From contig JBHLMI010000014.1 of the NCBI GenBank assembly GCA_048938295.1, forward strand, positions 27,185 to 59,184: a DNA stretch of 32,000 nt, written 5' to 3'. Shown here in pieces: positions 24,958-32,000 of this stretch. How positions within the stretch are numbered: position 1 is the first letter of the stretch; each line of letters starts with the position of its first letter. The DNA is from Promethearchaeota archaeon (lineage in GTDB: Archaea > Asgardarchaeota > Hermodarchaeia > Hermodarchaeales > Hermodarchaeaceae). The notes beneath the pieces were generated by a model. The model saw nothing but the letters and a program-made list of their open reading frames with translations. It made no database searches and had not been told where the DNA came from. The position numbers and the translations under genes are program-made.

Positions 24958-25422
24958 CTATGAATATATTGAAAGTTCATCTTTGGTGGGCAGCTTGAGT
25001 GAGAGATTCAACTTTTTCGCGATAACAGTAAGGAAATAGACGATTCCATATGGGATAGCTCGAAACTCTTCGCGGAAATTCTCTACTGTAAGTACCTCGA
25101 TTCCTTCGTGACCGACCACACCAACATCCCCTTTGTCGGTGAGGAAATATTTAACTTCTGCAAGTTGCCCATTCGCCAATAACAACTCAGTGTAGAGCTC
25201 TTCCTGCTTCTTCCTGGTCTTCACTCTGTCTGCCAGCATAATAAGAACCCAAAAACGTACGAATTGCCCGGAAATGTCAATTATCACATTGAACTGTAAG
25301 GATTGATCTGGTACAGTATATGGAACTACGATTCGATGAATCTCACCTTTCACTGGCTTAACTTCATAGGACAGATTCATTGACTTTAGGTAAGTCATCA
25401 CTCTGTCAAGGATTTCCGCCAT
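24958..25422 (-). CDS. YbjN / type-III-secretion-chaperone-like fold protein, copy 1
   Basis: 154 aa with helix-(beta)3-helix-(beta)2-helix periodicity. Paralogue of 24450-24875. Confidence 0.6.
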   Translation of the reverse strand: MAEILDRVMTYLKSMNLSYEVKPVKGEIHRIVVPYTVPDQSLQFNVIIDISGQFVRFWVLIMLADRVKTRKKQEELYTELLLANGQLAEVKYFLTDKGDVGVVGHEGIEVLTVENFREEFRAIPYGIVYFLTVIAKKLNLSLKLPTKDELSIYS

Positions 25423-25514
25423 CTGCGTTGCTCCATGTGTTAGAACTCACTCAACAGCACTTAATCCTCTAGAAAAAAGTATCTACCCATCCGAAACTTG
25501 AAAAGAATGACTCA

Positions 25515-25550
25515 GAAAAAAAGGAAAAACGAGGTGCGTTCAGCACCTCG
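25515..25550 (-). terminator. Hairpin plus U-tract intrinsic terminator after the MFS gene
   Basis: Minus strand reads CGAGGTGC-TGAAC-GCACCTCG followed by TTTTTCCTTTTTTT. The perfect 8-bp stem begins 9 nt after the stop. Confidence 0.75.
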
Positions 25551-25559
25551 GTGTTCTTA

Positions 25560-26894
25560 TTATGCATTGGTAACTGCTGCTTTCTCTTCACCAGCTTCTC
25601 CACTCTTCACGCCTAACATGAACAGAAAAGCAATGATGAGAACCATGACACTAAATGGCCACATTAGAACATAGTTACCTAATGGTTGACCTATTAGAAC
25701 TCCACCGTACCAGATAATGGCTCCACAGAGAACCGGTCCAACCATCGCCGCTAAGGTTGAAAAAAGATAGTAAATTCCTGTAAAAGAGCCCATTCGATGT
25801 TTTCCAATTTCCCAGACGAGAACGATTGATTGTACATTTATCATCGCCCAGAAGATACCCGCGATGAGGAGGAGAGCCATTGTCAAGAGGTAACCCATCG
25901 TAGGTGCAGCCAATGGGATGAATGGTATAAGACCGATACACACGGCGAATCCTACAATTCCTATCATTATCGCTTTCTTTCTACTGATTACATTTGCAAT
26001 GAATCCTGCAGGGATAGCGAACAGAACGAAGGAGAGTGCAAAAGCTGTTAGCATAAAACCAGCACTGGCTCGATCAATTAGCAGCACATTCTCACCATAT
26101 AAGGTGAAGAAAGCCTCCAATGCCTGGTAAGCAAGAAACCATGAAAAGATAGCAAAGAGGATGGAAATCCCGGTACGGTCCTTGCTTCGAAAGACTTCCT
26201 TGACAGCGGGAGTAATGCCAAGGTCTTTGCGTTCTTCGACATCCTCAGGAACTGGAGGTTCCTGGAGTCGCCACATCATTATCAGAAGACAAATGATCAT
26301 GATAACAGATACCGAACCAAAGGCAATCAGTGGTCCAATCGGAATCCAAGCAATATATCCCGGTACCCGATAGAGTGTCGTTCCCACGGCAAATGCAAGT
26401 ATGGATCCAATTCCACCCATAAGATTAATGACACCATTTGCTTTGGTTCGGTGTTCTGAGGGTGTGAAATCTGGCATCAGGGCAACGGTTGGTGACCGAT
26501 AAAAGGCCATAGTCACATTAAAAATGGCGATGACTCCGACAAGCACCCAGAATCCCCACACAAATTGAATTGCCCCGGCTATCGGAATGAAGATGAAGAA
26601 GACTGCTGCCAAAGGAATGCCAACCATTAGATAGGGCATCCGACGACCCCAACGTGTTCGAGTTTTATCAGATTTACCTCCGATAATTGGCTGCAAAATA
26701 AAAGCCGTAATATTATCGAGGATAAGGACAAAGCCGATGACTATTGGAACAGGGATAAGGAAGGAATACACACCGATGAAATCCTGAATATAGGGTCCCA
26801 AGAATGTGTTGTATAACGACCACGAAATTCCTGTTGTGAAAAAGCCTAGCCCTATAACGAAGACTAAGCTCCAATTGAATTTACGTTCAGCCAT
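25560..26894 (-). CDS. MFS transporter (GPH/SLC45-like sugar or oligosaccharide permease)
   Basis: 444 aa, about 12 TM segments, with IGGKSDKTRTRWGRRMPYL and ALMPDFTPSEHRTKANG..NLMGG motifs. Confidence 0.88.
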   Translation of the reverse strand: MAERKFNWSLVFVIGLGFFTTGISWSLYNTFLGPYIQDFIGVYSFLIPVPIVIGFVLILDNITAFILQPIIGGKSDKTRTRWGRRMPYLMVGIPLAAVFFIFIPIAGAIQFVWGFWVLVGVIAIFNVTMAFYRSPTVALMPDFTPSEHRTKANGVINLMGGIGSILAFAVGTTLYRVPGYIAWIPIGPLIAFGSVSVIMIICLLIMMWRLQEPPVPEDVEERKDLGITPAVKEVFRSKDRTGISILFAIFSWFLAYQALEAFFTLYGENVLLIDRASAGFMLTAFALSFVLFAIPAGFIANVISRKKAIMIGIVGFAVCIGLIPFIPLAAPTMGYLLTMALLLIAGIFWAMINVQSIVLVWEIGKHRMGSFTGIYYLFSTLAAMVGPVLCGAIIWYGGVLIGQPLGNYVLMWPFSVMVLIIAFLFMLGVKSGEAGEEKAAVTNA

Positions 26895-27096
26895 TTTATT
26901 ACACCAGAATCACATTAAGAATAAGCCTAGTACAAGAGACGAGTATGCAGCAATCTCTGATTTCTTCATTTAAGTGTAACAGCTTAAGTGGAAATTATTC
27001 GGGTATAAGTGGGAGAGGACGCCCACAGCTAATACAGCGGACTTTCTTCTCTTTTGAGCGGAGTCAAAAATATTGACGACTTTGGAGGATATTAGT

Positions 27097-27177
27097 ATGA
27101 CCACAAGAAACACTAAACCTGTAAAAATACCTAATGTAACCTGGCACTTGCGTCGTATGAGGGCACTTAAGACCTAG
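27097..27177 (+). CDS. Candidate 26-aa basic peptide
   Basis: MTTRNTKPVKIPNVTWHLRRMRALKT. GGAGG lies 8 nt upstream and TATA-like TTTAAG/CTTAAG elements lie at about 26970-26990. Confidence 0.35.
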   Translation: MTTRNTKPVKIPNVTWHLRRMRALKT

Positions 27178-27367
27178 AAGTAGCGTGGAGCGGAATAGAT
27201 CGGCCACAGTTCCTACATCGTGCCTGTTTCTCCTTGGTGAGAAGCCAATAATAAAGTGTCTTTTTGAGGAAGTTGGTTTGCCCACAGGCAGGGCAGGTGA
27301 TGGATTTACTGGTCGAGCGCTTGATTGATGTTACTGCGCCAGACTCTACAGCTGTCGTTTTCATCAC
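27167..27367 (-). CDS. Small zinc-ribbon protein (about 65 aa)
   Basis: CPACG...CRNCG double CxxC. TTTAAATA TATA-like element lies about 40 nt upstream on the minus strand. Confidence 0.6.
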   Translation of the reverse strand: MMKTTAVESGAVTSIKRSTSKSITCPACGQTNFLKKTLYYWLLTKEKQARCRNCGRSIPLHATSRS

Positions 27368-27493
27368 ATCCTATACTTATCCTCATTTTTATGCCTTCAA
27401 AAACGGTATTTAAACCCTTGGATTTCGGTATAAAGGGTTGATTTCTTCTAAATCCCCCGAAATAGAGAATAGAGACGCTTCTCTGAGCTTTCA

Positions 27494-27541
27494 GGCTTAT
27501 AAGCCGATTTATAAGAGAATTCAAGGTTTAGGGGCTTATAA
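27494..27541. promoter_or_regulatory. Palindrome GGCTTATAAGCC plus two further TTATAA copies
   Basis: Perfect 12-bp palindrome at 27494-27505, TTTATAAG at 27508-27515 and GGCTTATAA at 27533-27541. Confidence 0.4.
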
Positions 27542-27674
27542 CGTTTCTTTTATATTACGGGTAATACACTGCCGGGATTGACGAGGCTTTCTCACTCACG
27601 ACAACCGACGAGCTCTTATACACCCTTGAAGGAGTATCGATTGATAGTCGTATTGAAGGGAAGCAGAGCTTATC

Positions 27675-28073
27675 ATGTCTTTCAATGATGACCAACTGAT
27701 TCAACATGCGCGAGATGCTCAGCAACATGCTTATGCACCTTATTCTAAGTTTCTAGTAGGAGCAGCGCTCCTCACTGAGGACGGGCGTATTTTTGCGGGA
27801 TGCAATGTGGAAAATTCGACACTGGGAGCTACACTCTGTGCTGAACGGACCGCTATAGCAAATGCGGTATGTCATGGTGTACGTGAATTCAGTAAAATCG
27901 TGATTGTCTCCAATAGTGATGACCCGGTCATGCCTTGTGGAATCTGTCGAAGCGTTCTATTCGAATTCGCACCTGAATTGGAAATTATCGCCGTTAGTGC
28001 ATCGGGACAAATGGAAAAAACGAAGCTTAGTGACCTTTATCCGAAAGGATTTCGCCTCAACCTCGAAAAATAA
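27675..28073 (+). CDS. cdd: Cytidine deaminase (homotetrameric type)
   Basis: AYAPYSKF.VGAAL, GCNVENS, CAERTA and PCGICR motifs. Confidence 0.93.
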   Translation: MSFNDDQLIQHARDAQQHAYAPYSKFLVGAALLTEDGRIFAGCNVENSTLGATLCAERTAIANAVCHGVREFSKIVIVSNSDDPVMPCGICRSVLFEFAPELEIIAVSASGQMEKTKLSDLYPKGFRLNLEK

Positions 28074-28094
28074 CCTAATCCCTAATGTGTAACC

Positions 28095-28454
28095 TTACGC
28101 GTTGCGAGTCATGATCTGCCGAATGTATTTGAAGACAAGAACAAGGAGCTCATAATCCATGACTGGCCCAAAAGCAATTCGTTGGCTGTCGTTAGGTTCA
28201 GAATAGAGGAAGACGTTGGCGTTCTTCTTGATGATGACGCTAGCTTGATTGGCTTCAGCATATACATCCATGCCTTGGAAGAACTGCTTTACATATTCGA
28301 TGTCGAGAGAGCGGCTGATCTGGACGTTGGCATAACCTGATTCGGTACAATGGATTTTCATTTTGCCAAGAAAAAGCGCATCGTCAGTGACGGCGGGTTC
28401 AGCCTCTTGTAGAAGTGAAAGGAGAGTCTGCTTAACTAAGTCCTTCCTCGTCAT
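28095..28454 (-). CDS. Hypothetical protein, 119 aa
   Basis: Fills the gap between cdd and the cupin gene with protein-like composition and an ATG start. No recognised motif. Confidence 0.6.
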   Translation of the reverse strand: MTRKDLVKQTLLSLLQEAEPAVTDDALFLGKMKIHCTESGYANVQISRSLDIEYVKQFFQGMDVYAEANQASVIIKKNANVFLYSEPNDSQRIAFGPVMDYELLVLVFKYIRQIMTRNA

Positions 28455-28623
28455 TATCCGTCCCGCCAGGTTTTGATGTTCGTTTCAATTGTCCTTGTAT
28501 GCGTGGGATTGCCACCAATTAAGTCTTCTCTTAGGTCATCAGTCGTCTTTTAATATAGAATGTTTCTGGTGAAGTTCTCCGTGTATTATGTGTATTTAAG
28601 TCTTCAAGATTGGTGATTGAATT

Positions 28624-28965
28624 ATGATTGCTGGCCGATTTGATGAACGTCGAGAAGAACAGGTAACCCAGTATGGGTCATCTGGAACTACAATTCGCTG
28701 GTTGATTAACCGAGATAATGGCGCAAGGACATTTGCTATGCGCCGGTTTGTCGTGCAGCCCAGAGGCGAGATTCCCCTTCACAGGCATGAGGCTGACCAT
28801 GAAATCTACATAATCTCAGGTGAGGGAGTAGCATTCACCCCCGACAAGCAAGTGACTATCGAAGCGGATATGTTTCTGTATGTGCCACCCAACGAAGAGC
28901 ATGGTTACCGAAATACCGGAGAAACACCCTTAGTTTTCATTTGTGTCATTCCGCTTCTCGAATAG
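28624..28965 (+). CDS. Cupin_2 domain protein
   Basis: G..IPLHRHEADHEIYIISGEG and VPPNEEHGYRNTG metal-binding cupin motifs. Confidence 0.88.
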   Translation: MIAGRFDERREEQVTQYGSSGTTIRWLINRDNGARTFAMRRFVVQPRGEIPLHRHEADHEIYIISGEGVAFTPDKQVTIEADMFLYVPPNEEHGYRNTGETPLVFICVIPLLE

Positions 28966-28977
28966 AGTCAAAACGAG

Positions 28978-29838
28978 CTATTCAACCTTCTTTCGATACT
29001 GGTTACCCGTTGGGGTGTTTGCGAGCCCACCCAGTGCCGTTTCGCGGAGACTTTCGGGGAGCGAATTACCGACTTCGCTCATCGCCTCAATGACTTCATC
29101 AACGGGAATCCGGCTTTGAATACCCGCAAGGGCGAGCTCAGCGGCGAGTAGTGCTTGCATCAATCCTCCGGCGTTGCGCAGGACGCATGGAACTTCAACT
29201 AATCCAGCTACTGGATCGCAGACTAGCCCTAACATGTTAGTCAGGCATAGTGCCACGGCATGCCCGACCATAGTTGGGCTACCCCCAGCCAAATCGGTAA
29301 GAGCCCCTGCAGCCATTGCTGCAGCCACACCCGTTTCAGCTTGGCAGCCTCCTTCAGCACCGGAGATGGAAGCATTAATGGAACACACAATCCCAATCCC
29401 TGCTGCAGTGAAAAGTGCAGTAATAATTGTCTCCTCGTCAAGCGCTAAGCGTTCTTTAGCTAACATTAAAGCCGCGGGGACAATTCCAGAACTACCTGCA
29501 GTTGGACAGGCAACAATACGGCCCATTGCAGCATTCACTTCAGCTATACCTAATGCCCAAGCCACAGCTTTAGAAATGTTGGAGCTCAAGTACTTGGGCT
29601 GCCGCTCGAAGAAGAGTTTTCCATCCCCGCCAGATAATCCACTGATGGACCGAATATCTTCGGTGACACCTTTCTTGAGGGATTGCTTCATAACTTCCCA
29701 GGAAATAACCATTTGTCCACGGATGGTATCAGGTGATTCGTTTTCCTTTTCTGCCTCAACCGCTAAGACGATTTCGCCAATTCGTTTATTATCTCGGGCA
29801 GCCTGTTTCATCAGCTGCTGCATCGAAGTATAATCCAT
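28978..29838 (-). CDS. sdaAA: Fe-S L-serine dehydratase alpha subunit
   Basis: EVNAAMGRIVACPTAGSSGIVP, SISGAEGGCQAETG, LGLVCDPVAGLVEVPC and LRETALGGLA.TPTG motifs. Confidence 0.93.
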   Translation of the reverse strand: MDYTSMQQLMKQAARDNKRIGEIVLAVEAEKENESPDTIRGQMVISWEVMKQSLKKGVTEDIRSISGLSGGDGKLFFERQPKYLSSNISKAVAWALGIAEVNAAMGRIVACPTAGSSGIVPAALMLAKERLALDEETIITALFTAAGIGIVCSINASISGAEGGCQAETGVAAAMAAGALTDLAGGSPTMVGHAVALCLTNMLGLVCDPVAGLVEVPCVLRNAGGLMQALLAAELALAGIQSRIPVDEVIEAMSEVGNSLPESLRETALGGLANTPTGNQYRKKVE

Positions 29839-29857
29839 CCCTGTTCACCTCAAATGA

Positions 29858-30529
29858 CTAATAGATCGGAGGGATGAGTCGAACAATCTGGACCTTGTCC
29901 TCTAATTCCGATAGTGCCTCAAGTGGTAAGGACTGATCCATTTCCACAACCATCGCTGCCAATCCTCCACGTCGTTGTCGACTGACACACATGTTGGAAA
30001 TATTGACTTTGTGTTGAGCGATGATGGCGGTCGCCTTTGCCACAATGCCAGGGCGGTCATTATGGATGGAAATGAGTGTATAGTATTCGCCAGATATCTG
30101 CACGGAGAGTCCATTGATTTCGATGACTCCGATATTTCCTCCACCGACAGATACAGCTGTGATTTCAAAGCGCTTTTGAGTTGAACCCTCGATGAGCAGT
30201 CGGACCGTATTCGGAGGAAAATCGTCTCCAAGGTCAACCTTTTGGAATTCATAAGTCATTCCCACGTCCTTGGCAATCTGAAGGGCTGACTTGATTCGTT
30301 CATCGGCAGCATCAAGGCCTAACAGTCCCGCAATAAGTGCTTTATCGGTGCCATGCCCTTTCCCTGTTAAGGCATAGGAGCCGTGTAACTGGATAATCGC
30401 ATTTTTCACGGATTCACCGAGGATAGCGTGACTAATCAATCCAATTCGCACGGCGGCGGCCGTGTGGGAACTGGAGGGGCCAATCATAATCGGACCAATG
30501 ACTTCGAAGACACTGTCAGCTTTGCCCAT
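29858..30529 (-). CDS. sdaAB: Fe-S L-serine dehydratase beta subunit with C-terminal ACT domain
   Basis: VIGPIMIGPSSSHTAAA, LHGSYA.TGKGHGTD.AL, SVGGG.I and ACT-type HNDRPGIVA motifs. Start is ATG 30529 or GTG 30538. Confidence 0.93.
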   Translation of the reverse strand: MGKADSVFEVIGPIMIGPSSSHTAAAVRIGLISHAILGESVKNAIIQLHGSYALTGKGHGTDKALIAGLLGLDAADERIKSALQIAKDVGMTYEFQKVDLGDDFPPNTVRLLIEGSTQKRFEITAVSVGGGNIGVIEINGLSVQISGEYYTLISIHNDRPGIVAKATAIIAQHKVNISNMCVSRQRRGGLAAMVVEMDQSLPLEALSELEDKVQIVRLIPPIY

Positions 30530-30616
30530 ACGCTCCACCAGTGTATGGAGGCTTCGGTCTACTTCTTAAACGATTCGCCATCCACATGGAAATTCTTTTT
30601 ATTAATGTGAATATTC

Positions 30617-30634
30617 TGATACGATATCGTATCA
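30617..30634. promoter_or_regulatory. Perfect 18-bp palindrome, candidate operator
   Basis: TGATACGATATCGTATCA is its own reverse complement. It lies just downstream of a TTTTATTA box and 44 nt before the arsM ATG, between divergent sdaAB and arsM. Confidence 0.65.
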
Positions 30635-30678
30635 CAAGGAGACATAGCCCCTTGACCCAGGATAAGCTTCTTAGCAAG

Positions 30679-31425
30679 ATGAGTGAGGAAGAAATTAAGG
30701 AAGAAGTCAAACGTGCTTACGCGGAACTGGCAAACGCATCGAAAAGCTATTGCACGAAGAAAAGCTGTTGTGATAGTAGTAGCTCCTGGTCACCCCGACA
30801 GAACCGGGCTAAACTTTTCGGATACCCGGTTGATAAACTCCCCGAATCGTTAACCGACGCCTATGCGGGCTGTGGTAATCCCGTGGCACTCGCAAGTTTA
30901 CAGGAAGGAGAAGTGGTCTTGGATCTTGGGTCAGGAGCTGGACTCGATGCATTCATGGCCGCTGAAAAGGTCGGCGAAGGCGGGAAGGTAATCGGTGTAG
31001 ATATGACACCAGAAATGGTTCAAAAAGCCCAAGAAAACGCCCTCACCATCGGCGCAAAAAATACCGAGTTTCGACTAGGTGAGATTGAGAAGCTTCCAAT
31101 TGAGGATGAATCAGTTGATGTGATCATCAGTAACTGCGTGATTAACCTTGCCCCTAACAAAAAGAAGGTTTTTCAAGAAGCTTATCGTGTTCTCCGCCCT
31201 GGTGGTCGCCTCATGGTTTCTGACATGGTGATTATCAAATCACTTCCTGATGAAGTCCGTGAATCCATCCACTCCTATACCGGCTGCGTTGCTGGCGCAA
31301 TACCAGAGGTGGAGTACCTTCAAATTATTCGTGAAGCAGGATTCGAGAGAGTACAGACTGTGGAAATCTCCGGTGCAGGCTATGTCGCCAGTGCGAAGAT
31401 TGAAGCGTTCAAGCCCATGACGTAG
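30679..31425 (+). CDS. arsM: Arsenite S-adenosylmethionine methyltransferase
   Basis: N-terminal SCC, GCGNP, LDLGSGAG.D, IGVDMT.EM, ISNCVINL.P.K and GCVAGA motifs. Start moved to ATG 30679 (MSEEEIKEEVKRAY). Confidence 0.85.
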   Translation: MSEEEIKEEVKRAYAELANASKSYCTKKSCCDSSSSWSPRQNRAKLFGYPVDKLPESLTDAYAGCGNPVALASLQEGEVVLDLGSGAGLDAFMAAEKVGEGGKVIGVDMTPEMVQKAQENALTIGAKNTEFRLGEIEKLPIEDESVDVIISNCVINLAPNKKKVFQEAYRVLRPGGRLMVSDMVIIKSLPDEVRESIHSYTGCVAGAIPEVEYLQIIREAGFERVQTVEISGAGYVASAKIEAFKPMT

Positions 31426-31470
31426 GTTTGATTATTTTTCTACGCAGTGGTATTCATCTATAATTTGAAT

Positions 31471-31611
31471 TGTTGAACCTTTGGGCGAGGGGTTATGTGG
31501 GAATTTGTGGATCAGAGAAGCCCTTTCCTCTTAATGAGTGGAGTACAATTGCTTCTCATTCCAGCTTACTATATTGGCATGAAAAAATTGACTTGCCAAC
31601 TGAAGGTTTAG
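31471..31611 (+). pseudogene. Possible decayed C-terminal fragment of a membrane (MFS-like) transporter gene
   Basis: Two frames read ...VEPLGEGL then WEFVDQRSPFLLMSGVQLLLIPAYYIGMKKL, resembling a last MFS TM hairpin. Alternatively this is a 38-aa ORF at 31495-31611. Confidence 0.25.
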
Positions 31612-31655
31612 GGAAAAATCGAAACCAGTCCAGCTTCATATCCGAGCGACTAATC

Positions 31656-32000
31656 CTATCCTAGAACGTGAGGCAGGGCAGTAACAAAGAGGAAATTCCA
31701 AAGGAAGAAACCAGTTAGAAGTACACTGGCAATCACAATAAGCCAATCAGTAAGCGTGAATTTTGGAAAGAAGAGAAAGGTGCGGGTTGTAGAATAGCCA
31801 AACCCTCGACCGTCCATGGCCAGTGTGAGGGAATCAACCCGACCTAATGCTGAAAACAGCATGGGCATAAGGGTGTAGCGAACCCGTCGCAAGAAGCCAC
31901 GGATGACGCCTTGATCAACTGGGATTCCTCGGGCTCGTTGGGCGGACTGAACCGTATTGGATTCTTCATCAAAAAGTGGAACTAACCGTAAGGCAAGAAC
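31656..32000 (-). CDS. ecfT: ECF transporter transmembrane T component (EcfT/CbiQ), 5' part outside the window
   Basis: Open to the window edge: LALRLVPLFDEESNTVQSAQRARGIPVD...LMPMLFSALGRVDSLTLAMDGRGF. Contains the two x-R-x motifs (ARG, GRG) of T components. Confidence 0.9.
   Translation of the reverse strand, partial: VLALRLVPLFDEESNTVQSAQRARGIPVDQGVIRGFLRRVRYTLMPMLFSALGRVDSLTLAMDGRGFGYSTTRTFLFFPKFTLTDWLIVIASVLLTGFFLWNFLFVTALPHVLG

Noticed and set aside
26954-27160. Minus-strand frame with a TM-like segment (VTLGIFTGLVFLVVILISS)
   Set aside because: An in-frame TAG lies directly upstream and there is no ATG or SD before the hydrophobic segment. It is antisense to the better-supported plus-strand small ORF.
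27613-27623. CTCTTATACAC matches the core of the Tn5 mosaic end / Nextera adapter
   Set aside because: Only 11 of 19 nt match, both flanks differ, and the site can be explained as a TATA-like element before cdd. It is probably chance.
30541-30678. N-terminal extensions given in the ORF track (arsM from 30541, fwdB from 21413, regulator 2 from 12007, YbjN copy 2 from 24980)
   Set aside because: The extensions run through promoter or operator sequence or neighbouring genes. Internal ATGs give family-typical N-termini, and fwdB, regulator 2 and YbjN copy 2 have well-spaced SDs.
584-30710. The many remaining 60-220 aa ORFs in the track that overlap annotated genes (e.g. 584-766, 2785-3129, 9071-9451, 29174-29833)
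   Set aside because: They are antisense or alternative-frame shadows of well-supported genes, with no motifs or SDs.
1-32000. CRISPR arrays, tRNA/rRNA genes, IS elements, integrases
   Set aside because: By eye I found no regularly spaced direct repeats, cloverleaf or rRNA signatures, transposase or recombinase motifs, or terminal inverted repeats with target duplications. tRNAscan-SE and Infernal were not run.

Overview
Gene-dense archaeal chromosomal window, most likely from an Asgard archaeon. That call is an inference from a two-domain gelsolin with the linker LKRV motif, archaeal BRE/TATA promoters and archaeal C1 enzymes. No rRNA, tRNA, CRISPR array or recognisable transposase was seen. 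Left part: partial macrodomain gene, ECF S-component-like membrane protein, stand-alone ThiN-like domain, SAM methyltransferase, AIR-synthase-related protein, EamA transporter, a korDABC-type 2-oxoacid:ferredoxin oxidoreductase operon, a CPBP protease fused to a Cys-rich domain, an Fe-S flavoprotein and mobA. Middle: three paralogous ~470-aa double winged-helix/Lrp-like regulators, a RimK-type ligase plus cofE, gelsolin, a small orphan two-gene operon, two tandem Pol-beta-type nucleotidyltransferases and fwdD/fwdB. Right part: two HAD hydrolases, two YbjN-like paralogues, an MFS transporter, small ORFs, cdd, a cupin, sdaAB/sdaAA, arsM and a partial ecfT. The most interesting leads are: (1) the orphan operon at 16164-16776, whose proteins pattern-match by eye a TRADD-N-like and a death-fold/EAD-like domain (unverified); (2) the expanded regulator family; (3) a ferredoxin gene missing from the ORF track that has no canonical in-frame start codon; (4) the nucleotidyltransferase pair; (5) a perfect 18-bp palindrome upstream of arsM; (6) unannotated small ORFs with good Shine-Dalgarno sites. 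All family assignments come from motif recognition by eye; no database searches were run.
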